From Chlamydiota bacterium (GTDB lineage: Bacteria; Auribacterota; Tritonobacteria; UBA1439): a DNA stretch of 64,000 nucleotides. The notes under the pieces are model-generated. The model worked only from the letters and a program-made list of their open reading frames with translations. It did no database searches and was not told the DNA's origin. Each line of letters opens with the position of its first letter. The first letter of the stretch is position 1. Below, in pieces: positions 9,990 through 18,832 of the stretch. The position numbers were made by a program, and so were the translations under genes. Where the stretch lies: positions 25,964-89,963 of the forward strand of contig JAAYCL010000014.1 in NCBI GenBank assembly GCA_012729785.1, given 5' to 3'.

Positions 9990-10097
9990 GAACCTGACCC
10001 CGACGTCGGCGCCGGGTTGCCCGCGGCGGGCGCGGGTGCTATACTGCAGCCGGTTCAAGGTCTCCGCTCCGCGCGCGTGCGGCCCGGGAGGTGCGGA

Positions 10098-10406
10098 ATG
10101 CCGATCTACGAATACTCCTGCGCCCGTTGCGGAAAACTGACCGCACTGCTCGAGCGGCGCGGCGCCTGGAATTTCTGGCGGAGGCGTTGCGCCTCCTGCG
10201 GCAGCAGGCGGCTGCGGAGGGCCTACTCGACCTTCTCGACCTCGAAAAAACAGTCGATGGGCGAGTTGCTGAACGAGATGCGGCGTATGGGGCCGGTGAA
10301 CTTCGTTCCCGCGCCCCCGCCCGGCCTCCAGGGGCCGCCCCCCGGAGGGTGCCCCTATGCCGCCGGAGGCGGCGGGGAGACGAAAGGGGCCGGGGGGGCG
10401 GAGTGA
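10098..10406 (+). CDS. FmdB-family zinc ribbon protein
   Basis: MPIYEYSCARCG...CASCGS. Confidence 0.85.
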   Translation: MPIYEYSCARCGKLTALLERRGAWNFWRRRCASCGSRRLRRAYSTFSTSKKQSMGELLNEMRRMGPVNFVPAPPPGLQGPPPGGCPYAAGGGGETKGAGGAE

Positions 10407-10446
10407 CGCGGCGACGGGGTCGAATCTGGAGGGCGCCTCCGTGACG

Positions 10447-10554
10447 ATGGAATCGGATTTCTGGCAGTATTTCGCCTTCTTCCTCGTGGGCCTTATCGTG
10501 CTCTCCATAGTCCTGGCCGCCCTCTGCGCCTACCTGTTCAAGGACCGCTCCTGA
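10447..10554 (+). CDS. Small single-TM membrane protein (35 aa)
   Basis: MESDFWQYFAFFLVGLIVLSIVLAALCAYLFKDRS, GGAGG upstream, operon-like position. Confidence 0.55.
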   Translation: MESDFWQYFAFFLVGLIVLSIVLAALCAYLFKDRS

Positions 10555-10569
10555 GGCGGCGAGACGGCG

Positions 10570-10821
10570 ATGCGCATCCTCAAGGGGATCGCCTGGTGGC
10601 TCGCGTTCAGCGCCCTCTGCGCGGCGGCGACGCTGGCCGCGATGCGCCAGGTCGCAGAGCGGAGCGGCAGGGCTGGCCTCTACGCGGCCTGGATGGACGA
10701 GATCCGGGACGCATTCGCCGAGGCGAACGGGTTCGCCGGGGAGCTGTACGAAAAGGCGGCGCTGACGCTGCGGTGTCGCGCGGGCGCGAACGGGGCCGGT
10801 GAGGGCGGGAAAGGAACGTGA
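10570..10821 (+). CDS. Hypothetical protein with N-terminal hydrophobic helix
   Basis: 83 aa ORF in line with neighbours. Confidence 0.55.
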   Translation: MRILKGIAWWLAFSALCAAATLAAMRQVAERSGRAGLYAAWMDEIRDAFAEANGFAGELYEKAALTLRCRAGANGAGEGGKGT

Positions 10822-10895
10822 AGCGACGCGGGCAGGCGCCGGATTCGGTGAAACGGGGCGGATCGATCACACGGATGTTGTCAGGGAGGTGGAAT

Positions 10896-11081
10896 ATGAG
10901 AAGGATCGCGTGCGCGGTGATGGCGATGGCGGCGGCGTGCGCCGCGGGGTGCGTGGACGTGAACCTGGGCCAGGCGAGCAAGGATTGGGCCGAGGTGGGC
11001 AAGGGGTTCGCCGACGCCTACAAGTCGCAGGGCGGCGTGGACGTCACAGTGCCGCAACAGCCGCCCGCCGACGTGCAGTAG
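10896..11081 (+). CDS. Small putative lipoprotein
   Basis: GGAGG RBS; signal peptide ending AAGC lipobox. Confidence 0.7.
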   Translation: MRRIACAVMAMAAACAAGCVDVNLGQASKDWAEVGKGFADAYKSQGGVDVTVPQQPPADVQ

Positions 11082-11117
11082 CACACGCCGCGGGCGCCCA
11101 GTCCGGCGCCGATGCGG

Positions 11118-11154
11118 AAGGCCTCTATCCGCCCGAGGGGCGGATAGAGGCCTT
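11118..11154. terminator. Perfect 17-bp hairpin between convergent genes
   Basis: AAGGCCTCTATCCGCCC-GAG-GGGCGGATAGAGGCCTT. Confidence 0.75.
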
Positions 11155-11190
11155 GTCTGTCGCGCGCGAAGGCGGCGCCTGCGGCGTCCG

Positions 11191-11862
11191 CTAGTCGGCG
11201 AAGTTGGTGACGATATCCTTGGTGATGGCGGACTTCAGGTTCTGCAGGACCAGCGGCGTCAGGCTGTGGCGGATGAAGTTCTTGTTGAGTTGCCGCTCGG
11301 TGCGCTCCTCCCAGATGCTGAAGTTCCGGTAGGCGACCGCCTGCACCCTCCGGTTGAGCAGCACCCGTCCGGTCTTGATCTCCCGTATCCGGTAGACGAC
11401 CTCCGCCGCGCCCTGCCAGGTCTGCGCCTTGATGTTGAACGAGATCGGGAAGATGATGTAGGTGAGGGCGACCGGGACCCCCATCGAGTTCCACCCCTCG
11501 AAGCGGCAGAGCGACTCGTTCAGCTCGCCCTCCATCAGCAGATTCGCCTTGGCGGCGAGCGCCTTCTCCTCGACGTCCCGAGGCGTGGCGTCCTTGTCGA
11601 TCGGCAGCGTGATGACGTCCATGAACGCCTTGTTCCGCTCGATCTCGTCCTGGATCACCTCGCGCAGCTCGTCGACGCCGATGAAGAGCGGGTAGCGCGC
11701 GAAGCTCTTGTCCTGGAATATGCCGATGGCGAGGCTGTGGCCGAACGGCTTCTCGGGGGGGGCGTAGAAGGCGAGGGGCGGGGGTGGCGTGTTCATCCCC
11801 CCGCCGCAGCCGAGGAGGAGACCGAGGAGCAGGAGCTGCACAGACACGAGGATTCTTTTCAC
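11191..11862 (-). CDS. Putative lipoprotein
   Basis: AAGGAGG RBS, GTG start, LLLGC lipobox. Confidence 0.78.
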   Translation of the reverse strand: MKRILVSVQLLLLGLLLGCGGGMNTPPPPLAFYAPPEKPFGHSLAIGIFQDKSFARYPLFIGVDELREVIQDEIERNKAFMDVITLPIDKDATPRDVEEKALAAKANLLMEGELNESLCRFEGWNSMGVPVALTYIIFPISFNIKAQTWQGAAEVVYRIREIKTGRVLLNRRVQAVAYRNFSIWEERTERQLNKNFIRHSLTPLVLQNLKSAITKDIVTNFAD

Positions 11863-11947
11863 GCGACCGCCTCCTTGTGGCGCGCCGGGATCCCGCGGGC
11901 GCCGGTTCCGGATTGCGCGCCCGCACCGCACACGGTATCATACGCCC

Positions 11948-13657
11948 ATGCCGATTGCCACGCTAAAACGCCTCCTCCCGCGCATCTGCATCCCGGCCGC
12001 CGTCGCCGCGGCGGGCGTCGTCTTCCTCGCTTACCCGAGGAGGCAGGTTCCGTCGATGCTCCGTCTCGTGCCCCGCGAGGGGCTCGCCGTGTGCGTCCGC
12101 GCGCGGGGGCTCGGGCAGATCTGGCGGCGCTGCGCCCGTTCGGAATTCGGCCGCATGGTCGCACGGGGGGAGATCTTCCCCCTCGACGAGCTCCGCGCCG
12201 CCGACGAGGAGTTCCGGGAGGAGTGGGAGGATCTCGACACCTCGCAATGGTCCGAGATCGCCGGGCGCGACTGCGTCTTCGTGCTGTACGCGGGGGGGGC
12301 GGGAACGCCGCCCCGGGCCGCCCTCTGGGCGCGGGTCGGCTTCAAAGCGCGCCTGCTCCATCTCTGGGAAAGGGGGCGCGCGGCCGTATGCTTCTGGCGG
12401 GCGGGGAGAATCCAGACACGGCGTGTGGGGACCCTCACCGTCAATTCGGTGCTGGATCGGAAGCGGGGGACGGTCGACGCCAGCTACGTCCTCGCCGGCG
12501 ATCTCGGGATCGCGACGACGGGGGACGGGGAACGGTTCTGGGAGCGCGTCGCCGCCCTGGCGCAGGGGGGCGGCGCGCCCGCGCGGGGGGCGGAGGGGGT
12601 GATCGCCGAGGTGCGGGCGCCGGGCCGCGGGAAGGCGCAGGGGGCCTTCTTCGCGGACGCCGCCGCGCTGCGGCAGCTCGCGGGCGCGCGGATCGACAAA
12701 TCCGGCCGGGTCGTGTGCGAGGAGGGGGGGGCCTTCTCCGCACGCGCCGCCGCGCGCGAGGCGCTGGCGGGGTGGACGACGATGTCGGGTTCGTTCACGC
12801 TCGGCGAACGCACGACCCTGGAGGCGCGCATCGGGCGTCCCGGCGGCGGCTCGGCGAAACCGCTTTCCGCGGACCCGCTCCTGCCCGCCGCGGCGCGCGG
12901 CGGGATACTGTACGCGGCGGGCCGATGGAACCCGCGGGACCTTCTCGACCGGGCGCGCCGAAGCTGGGACGGCGGCGAGGTTCGGTTCGAGAAGAAGGGA
13001 GGGGCGGCGACGTTTCCCGCGGCGCACTTCTCGATGCGATGGCTCGGAGATGACTGGTCGTTGTTGCTCTACCTCGACGGGCGGGGGATGCTGCACGCCG
13101 CCGCGTCGGCTGCGGTGGGCGATCGCACACTCGCCCGCGCGCGGTTGAGGCGCTTCCTGGAGCTCGCCGACGGCGCGGAGTTGTTCCTGGCCGACGGGCG
13201 CGGCGGCGGATGGGCGCCGGTGAGCGGCGCGCTGGAGGTGGAGGAGGAGAAGGCGGACCGGGGACTCCGCTGGCGCCTCAGCCCCGGCGCGCCCCTGGAG
13301 TATCTCTACGCCCCGGTCGTCCTCCTGCGCGACGGCCGTCTCGTCGTCGCCACCGCCGATCCGCCGGGCCTGGGCGCCGCCGTTCCCCTTTCCGCGAACG
13401 CGGGAGGGACGGGACGCTTCCTCCTGCGGGGGGGCGAGATGGAGCGCGCCGCCGCCTCGCTGCGGCAGATCCTCGCGATCGCCGGGGCGTTCGTCGAGAA
13501 AGAGGCCGATCGGGAGCGGATCGACGGGGCGCGCCGCGCGCTCGGGGCGCTGGCGTGGCTTGCGCCGCTGCGGGAGGTCAGGGCAACCGCGTCCGACGAG
13601 AAGGGGGGGACGCGGCTCTCCGTCATCGCGGAGATCGGGGATATCCGGGGGCGGTGA
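11948..13657 (+). CDS. Membrane-anchored hypothetical protein
   Basis: Long ORF, N-terminal TM segment, globular remainder. Confidence 0.65.
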   Translation: MPIATLKRLLPRICIPAAVAAAGVVFLAYPRRQVPSMLRLVPREGLAVCVRARGLGQIWRRCARSEFGRMVARGEIFPLDELRAADEEFREEWEDLDTSQWSEIAGRDCVFVLYAGGAGTPPRAALWARVGFKARLLHLWERGRAAVCFWRAGRIQTRRVGTLTVNSVLDRKRGTVDASYVLAGDLGIATTGDGERFWERVAALAQGGGAPARGAEGVIAEVRAPGRGKAQGAFFADAAALRQLAGARIDKSGRVVCEEGGAFSARAAAREALAGWTTMSGSFTLGERTTLEARIGRPGGGSAKPLSADPLLPAAARGGILYAAGRWNPRDLLDRARRSWDGGEVRFEKKGGAATFPAAHFSMRWLGDDWSLLLYLDGRGMLHAAASAAVGDRTLARARLRRFLELADGAELFLADGRGGGWAPVSGALEVEEEKADRGLRWRLSPGAPLEYLYAPVVLLRDGRLVVATADPPGLGAAVPLSANAGGTGRFLLRGGEMERAAASLRQILAIAGAFVEKEADRERIDGARRALGALAWLAPLREVRATASDEKGGTRLSVIAEIGDIRGR

Positions 13658-13690
13658 GGGGGAGCGGCGCCTGAAGGGTCCGGCGCCGCC

Positions 13691-15100
13691 TCAGCGCGGG
13701 ACCAGGGGGCGCAGGGGGCCGAACCGCTCGAGGGCGGGGGGGAGGGCTTCGCCGTCGCCGAGGGCGAGGATCGTCGCGGCGCCGGGGCGCAGGTGCGCCT
13801 GCGCCGCGCGACGCACGTCCTCGCGGGTCACCGCCGCGACCTTTTCGGGCCAGGTCTTCAGATAGTCCCGCGGCAGCCCTGCGAATTCGATGCCGATCAT
13901 CTGCTCCACCACCTGCGACGGGCTTGTGAAGTTGAAGACGAAGCTGTTCAGGCGCGAATCCTTCGCGCGCCGGAGCTCCTGGTCCGTCACCGGTTCCGTG
14001 CGGATCCTCTCCATCTCCTCCAACAGTATGTCGAGCGCCCGCGCCGCCGTGTTCTCCTTCGTCTGGCACGACGCGTAGAACAGCCCCGCCCGCACCGCCG
14101 GGGTGAAACGGGATCCCGCGCTGTAGGCGAGTCCCTCCGCGGTCCGGACGCGTTCCAGTATCCTCGACGAGAAGACCCCTCCCCCGAGTATCTCGTTCAT
14201 CACCATCACCGGGAAGTAGTCCGGGTCGTCGCGCGGGATTCCCGCGTGCCCGACGAGGAGGTGCGCCTGCTCGGTGGGCCTGCGCACGAGGAAGACGAGG
14301 CGCTCCTCCCGCCCCTCCACGGGGGGTGGCGGGGCGGGGGCGGGGGATCGCGCCGGGCCGAAGGCGTCGTTGAGGGTCTTCACGAGCGTCTCCCGGTCGA
14401 ACTCCCCCGCGGCGCCGAAGATCATCCCCGAGGGGTTGAAGCGCGCACGGTGGAAGGCGACGAGGTCGCCGCGCCCGATCCGGTCCATCGAGCTGGGCTC
14501 GCCGATGACCGGGTGCGCGTACGGGTGCGCGCCGTAGACGAGGCGGCGGAACTCGCGGGCGGCGGTCTGCCCCGGCTCGTCGTTCCAGCGGCGTATCGCC
14601 TCGCGGACCTGGTCCTTGCGGAGGTCGATCTTCTCCGGGGAGAAGGCGGGGCGCAGCAGCAGGTCGAGCGCGATGCCGAGGGCCTCTTCCGTGTCGCGGG
14701 AGAGGCAGGAGAGCGCACACGCCGCCCCGTCGTGGTCCGCGGCGGCGGAGAGCTCCGCCCCGAGGTACTCCAGACGGCGGTCCACCTCGTCGGCGTCCAT
14801 CCCGGCGCTCCCCCCGGTGCGGATCAGCTCGGCGACGAGGGCCGCGAGCCCCTCCTTGCCCTCCGGGTCGAACGCGGAGCCGGCGCGCGCCATCGCGTGG
14901 AAACTGAAGAGGGGGAGGCGCGCGTCGCTGAACAGGTAGAGCGGGGCGCCGCAGTCGAGGACGACCCGTTCCGCCTCCGGGGGCGAGAAACGAAGCGGGG
15001 GGAACGCCATTTCGGCCGGGTGGACGGGGCCCCGCCGGGCGCCGCAGCCCGCGGCGGAGAGCGCGAAGACGAGGAGCAGCGCGGCGGCCCAATGCGTCAC
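13691..15100 (-). CDS. M16 (pitrilysin) family peptidase, non-catalytic subunit, lipoprotein signal
   Basis: RAGSAFDP..KEGLA, NEILGGGVFSSRILERVR..EGLAY; HXXEH absent; GTG overlaps upstream stop. Confidence 0.88.
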   Translation of the reverse strand: MTHWAAALLLVFALSAAGCGARRGPVHPAEMAFPPLRFSPPEAERVVLDCGAPLYLFSDARLPLFSFHAMARAGSAFDPEGKEGLAALVAELIRTGGSAGMDADEVDRRLEYLGAELSAAADHDGAACALSCLSRDTEEALGIALDLLLRPAFSPEKIDLRKDQVREAIRRWNDEPGQTAAREFRRLVYGAHPYAHPVIGEPSSMDRIGRGDLVAFHRARFNPSGMIFGAAGEFDRETLVKTLNDAFGPARSPAPAPPPPVEGREERLVFLVRRPTEQAHLLVGHAGIPRDDPDYFPVMVMNEILGGGVFSSRILERVRTAEGLAYSAGSRFTPAVRAGLFYASCQTKENTAARALDILLEEMERIRTEPVTDQELRRAKDSRLNSFVFNFTSPSQVVEQMIGIEFAGLPRDYLKTWPEKVAAVTREDVRRAAQAHLRPGAATILALGDGEALPPALERFGPLRPLVPR

Positions 15101-16578
15101 GGGATGAGGACGGTGGTGCACTTTTCCTCCGTGAGATAGTTGCGCGCCACGCGGACGAGGTCGTTTGGCGTGACCGCCCTGATCCTCGGGATATAGCGGT
15201 TCACGTAGTCCCAGCGGTCGATCGCGGCGTAGGTGCCTATGGCGGAGGCGATCTCCGCGGTGGATTCGAGGCCGCGGACGAAATCCGCCTCGATCGAGTT
15301 CCGAGCCTTGGCGAGCTCCCAGTCGCTCACCGGCTCCTGCGCGAGCAGGCGCAGCTCCCCGCGGATCGCCTCGGCGGCCTCCTCCGCCGTACGGGGGCTC
15401 CGGGGGATCGCGTGGACGACGAACAGGTACGGGTACCGCGAGGGGGGAGAGGAGGCGGAGACGGAGACCGCGACCCGCTTCTCCTGGACGAGGCGCCGGT
15501 GAAGGCGCGAGCTGCGGCCGGAGGAGAGGATGTTCTCCAGGACGTTCAGGGCGATGTCGTCGTCGGACTCCGCCGCGGGCTTCTGAAAGGCGAGGGCGAC
15601 GCGCGGCGAGGCGTCGAGCGAGAGACGCGCCTGGCGCGGACCGCGTTGCGGCGGCTCGCGGGTGACGACCGGCGGCGGGGGCGGCTGCGCGGGGATCGGG
15701 CCGAAGTAGCGCTCCGCGAGGGCGACGACCTCGTTTCGGTCTACGTCGCCCGCGACGGCGACGATCGCGTTGTTGGGGGCGTAGTAACGCCGGTACCAGG
15801 CCTCGACCTCCGCACGCGGGATGCGCTCGATGTCGGACCTCCATCCGATGATCGGCCACCGGTACGGGTGCGCGATCAGGGCGGTCGCGAAGAGCTGCTC
15901 CCAGAACGCCCCCCCCGGGCTGTCGTCCACGGTGAGGCGCCGCTCCTCGAGGACCACCTGCCGCTCGCGGTGGAACTCCCTGAAGACCGCGTTGGCCATC
16001 CGGTCGGACTCAAGCGCCATCCAGAGCTCCAAGCGGTTCGCCGGCAGACTGCAGTAGTACTGTGTCCGGTCCTTGCCGGTGCCGGCGTTCAGCCCCTCGG
16101 CCCCGGCGGCCATGTAGATCTTCCAGAGTTCGTTGCGCACCGTCAGCTCGCCGGCGCGGCGCTCCGCCTCCTCCAGCTCCTTCCGGAGCCGCGCCGTCTC
16201 CCCCGCCGCGCCGCCTCCGCGTTCCATCGCGGCGACCGCGTCGTGGAGCTCTTCGATCTTGGCGAGAAGGGGCTCTTCCGCCTCCCAGTCCCTCGTCCCG
16301 ACCGTGCGCGTCCCCTTGAACATCATATGCTCGAGGAGATGGGTGATGCCGGTCTTCCCCGGCTCCTCGTTCACTGAGCCCACGCGGTAGAAGACGGAAC
16401 AGGAGACGACGGGGGCCTGGCGGTGCTCGACGACGAGAAGGAGGAGGCCGTTGGAGAGGCGGTGCTCGGCGGCGTCCACGCCGAGTGGGGACTCCGCCGC
16501 CGCCCGGCCGGGCGAAACCAGGGCCAGGAGCGTTGCCGCGAGGAGCCGCCCGATGCGGATGGATGGGGAGGATCCCAT
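15097..16578 (-). CDS. M16 family zinc peptidase, catalytic subunit
   Basis: YRVGSVNE..GKTGITHLLEHMMFKGT (HXXEH), LESDRM, HPYRWPIIGW. Confidence 0.93.
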   Translation of the reverse strand: MGSSPSIRIGRLLAATLLALVSPGRAAAESPLGVDAAEHRLSNGLLLLVVEHRQAPVVSCSVFYRVGSVNEEPGKTGITHLLEHMMFKGTRTVGTRDWEAEEPLLAKIEELHDAVAAMERGGGAAGETARLRKELEEAERRAGELTVRNELWKIYMAAGAEGLNAGTGKDRTQYYCSLPANRLELWMALESDRMANAVFREFHRERQVVLEERRLTVDDSPGGAFWEQLFATALIAHPYRWPIIGWRSDIERIPRAEVEAWYRRYYAPNNAIVAVAGDVDRNEVVALAERYFGPIPAQPPPPPVVTREPPQRGPRQARLSLDASPRVALAFQKPAAESDDDIALNVLENILSSGRSSRLHRRLVQEKRVAVSVSASSPPSRYPYLFVVHAIPRSPRTAEEAAEAIRGELRLLAQEPVSDWELAKARNSIEADFVRGLESTAEIASAIGTYAAIDRWDYVNRYIPRIRAVTPNDLVRVARNYLTEEKCTTVLIP

Positions 16579-16607
16579 CGTGCCCCTCTCCGTCGAGGCG
16601 GCCCGCC

Positions 16608-17630
16608 TCAGGCGGCGCCGCCGGCCGTCTTCTCCACGTCCCAGTTGTTCGCGACGATCAGGGCGCGGGTCCTGCGCCCGTCCTTCTCGATCTCGACGAG
16701 CTCGCCCGCGGCGCGGATATGCTCGCCGACGCAAAACTCGCCGCGCACGTAGCTGTCGGAGAGGACGAGGACGAACCGCTCCTCCCGCACCCCGTCGACC
16801 TCGGCCTCCTCGAGGGGGAAGACGAGCGGCATGTAGATCGAGTGGCGGATATCGGTGATGCGGGCCTCGAGGCGCGCCTCCTTCCGGAGGCTGCGGATGC
16901 GGCAGTCCCGCAGCGGGATCTCGTCCTCGCGCGCGTAGATGAAGAACGGGCAGACGAGGATGCCGCCGTGATAGAGGCGCAGCGGCCAGAACTTCCCGAA
17001 CTCGTGGACGTGGCGGGAGGGGTCCTCCCGGACGAGGGCGAGGATGCGCCGCATCAGGGCGTAGTTCTCCTCCACCGTGCCGTGCACGGCGAGGTCGGTG
17101 TCATCGTCGTGCTCCTCGAGTCGCCCGTACTGGAGCGAGCCGGTCAGGCCCATCCGTTCGACCGGGACCTCCAGCAGCTCGCTGGCCGCCCGAACCCCCT
17201 TGTCGATCTTCGGGTAGAGCTCCATGCAGAGCCGGAGGGACTTCTTGGAGTCGAAGAAGCCGACGAAATCGCTGCGCGGCATCAGGAGGTTGTTCTTGAT
17301 CACCGGGGCGACGCAGGCGCTCCGCGCGAGGTCGGGGAAGAGGGTGTAGTGCATCTCGATCTGCTGCGGGTTGGTGAACGAGTGCATCTTCCCGTCGCGG
17401 TACGTCTTGTGGAGGCAGTCGTAGTCGCGGCCGAAGATCTCCGCCCAGCCGCCCTTTTTCGGGTAGTAGAGTATCTTCGCGGAGATCATCCCGGGCGGAT
17501 GGCAGTAGCCCTGGGCGAAGGCGAGGCTGCCGTCCTTCCTGAGGAAGTAGGTGCAGTCGGTGACCCTCTCCCCGAGTTCGGCGATGGGGACGAGGAAGAT
17601 ATCCATCATCTCGTCGAAACGATCCTTCAT
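16608..17630 (-). CDS. Predicted nucleotidyltransferase (Pol-beta superfamily, archaeal COG1665-like)
   Basis: GLTGSLQYG...DDDTDLAVHG (GS..DxD), N-terminal GYCHPP, OB-like C-terminus. Confidence 0.65.
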   Translation of the reverse strand: MKDRFDEMMDIFLVPIAELGERVTDCTYFLRKDGSLAFAQGYCHPPGMISAKILYYPKKGGWAEIFGRDYDCLHKTYRDGKMHSFTNPQQIEMHYTLFPDLARSACVAPVIKNNLLMPRSDFVGFFDSKKSLRLCMELYPKIDKGVRAASELLEVPVERMGLTGSLQYGRLEEHDDDTDLAVHGTVEENYALMRRILALVREDPSRHVHEFGKFWPLRLYHGGILVCPFFIYAREDEIPLRDCRIRSLRKEARLEARITDIRHSIYMPLVFPLEEAEVDGVREERFVLVLSDSYVRGEFCVGEHIRAAGELVEIEKDGRRTRALIVANNWDVEKTAGGAA

Positions 17631-17707
17631 AGGGGGGGAAGTATACTACAACGGGCCGCGGATGCCACTATGAAGGCGTGTGAGCGTATGGACTCGCGCG
17701 GGCGGGC

Positions 17708-17737
17708 GCGCCGCATTTCGAGGCGCCGCATTTCGAG
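17708..17737. repeat. Tandem 15-bp direct repeat x2
   Basis: GCGCCGCATTTCGAG twice in a divergent intergenic region. Confidence 0.8.
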
Positions 17738-17827
17738 GTTGCGCTCCCGATGGCGCCGCGGTAAAATCGGGTGTCCCGCGCGGGGGGCGCATCCGGCGCG
17801 CCGGGTCGCGGGCGAGAGGAGGAGGGT

Positions 17828-18520
17828 ATGCATATCGGACTGTGCGCCGCCTGCTGCGCGGCGCTGGTCGCAGGCGCGGCCGCGGCGGATCCGCCCGCCG
17901 CGCCGCCCGCGGCCGTCTCCGCCGCCCCGGCCGCCCGCTACACGGCCGCGGACTGTTCGCGCCTCAACGGGATCCCCGGCCTGCCCGATGCGCTTCTCTC
18001 GATGCACGTCACGCTCTACCAGGGGTACGTGAAGAACGCCAATCTTCTGGCGGAGAAGCTGACGGCTCTCTCCGCCGCCGGGGGCGGCCGCTCGCCCGAG
18101 TATGCCGAGCTGAAGCGGCGTTTCGGCTGGGAGTACGACGGGATGCGTCTGCACGAGCTCTACTTCGAGAACATCTGCTCCCGGCGCGAGGCGCTCGACC
18201 CGAAGGGCCCGCTCGCCCGGCGCCTCGCGAGCGACTTCGGGAGCGTGGAGGCGTGGAGGAAGGAGTTCGTCGACACGGGGATGATGCGCGGCATCGGCTG
18301 GGCGGCGCTCGTCGACGACCCGCGGAGCGGCCGGCTGACGAACGTCTGGATCGGCGAGCACGATGTCGGGCATCTCGCGGGGGCTCGCATCGTACTCATC
18401 GCGGACGTCTTCGAGCACGCGTTCATCACGGAGTTCAAGCTCGACCGGGCGAAGTACCTCGAGGCGTTCCTCGCCGCCGTCGACTGGAAGGCGGCGGAGA
18501 AGCGTCTCGGCGCGCGGTAA
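17828..18520 (+). CDS. Fe/Mn superoxide dismutase family protein (ChrC-like) with signal peptide
   Basis: HVTLYQGYV, LHELYFENI, FGSVEAW, DVFEHAF. Confidence 0.85.
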   Translation: MHIGLCAACCAALVAGAAAADPPAAPPAAVSAAPAARYTAADCSRLNGIPGLPDALLSMHVTLYQGYVKNANLLAEKLTALSAAGGGRSPEYAELKRRFGWEYDGMRLHELYFENICSRREALDPKGPLARRLASDFGSVEAWRKEFVDTGMMRGIGWAALVDDPRSGRLTNVWIGEHDVGHLAGARIVLIADVFEHAFITEFKLDRAKYLEAFLAAVDWKAAEKRLGAR

Positions 18521-18668
18521 CGCGGAGACACTCTTTGCAGGGCACACGCGGGGAAGCGGTCGCGAAGTGGACATTCCACGGGTGAACGCGCCATTCCGCC
18601 CCGGGTTTTTCACTGTGCCCTGTGCCGCGGCGGGGCGAGAAGCGGGATCTGAAGAGTGTCCCCGCGTT
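18519..18668. repeat. 150-bp segment bounded by 17-bp inverted repeats (MITE/REP-like)
   Basis: AACGCGGAGACACTCTT (18519-18535) vs AAGAGTGTCCCCGCGTT (18652-18668), 16/17 complementary. Confidence 0.55.
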
Positions 18669-18832
18669 GTAGTTCCGGTTCTCTCACGTCGTATCTGGTC
18701 TTTCCCCCATCAGAGGGGGGGATGTGGCATAACCCAAGCAAAACGCCAGAGATCCATTTTTCCGTTGCACCCCGCTGCGGGCGGGAGTAAGATCAGCCGG
18801 GCGTGCGGTCGGTCGGGAGAGGAGGGGAGGGT

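Noticed and set aside
9985-10001. AATAAGAACCTGACCCC, reminiscent of a REP half-site
   Set aside because: Single copy with no inverted partner in the window; insufficient support.
13691-16578. Second M16 gene lacking HXXEH
   Set aside because: Active/inactive heterodimeric M16B pairs are well known.
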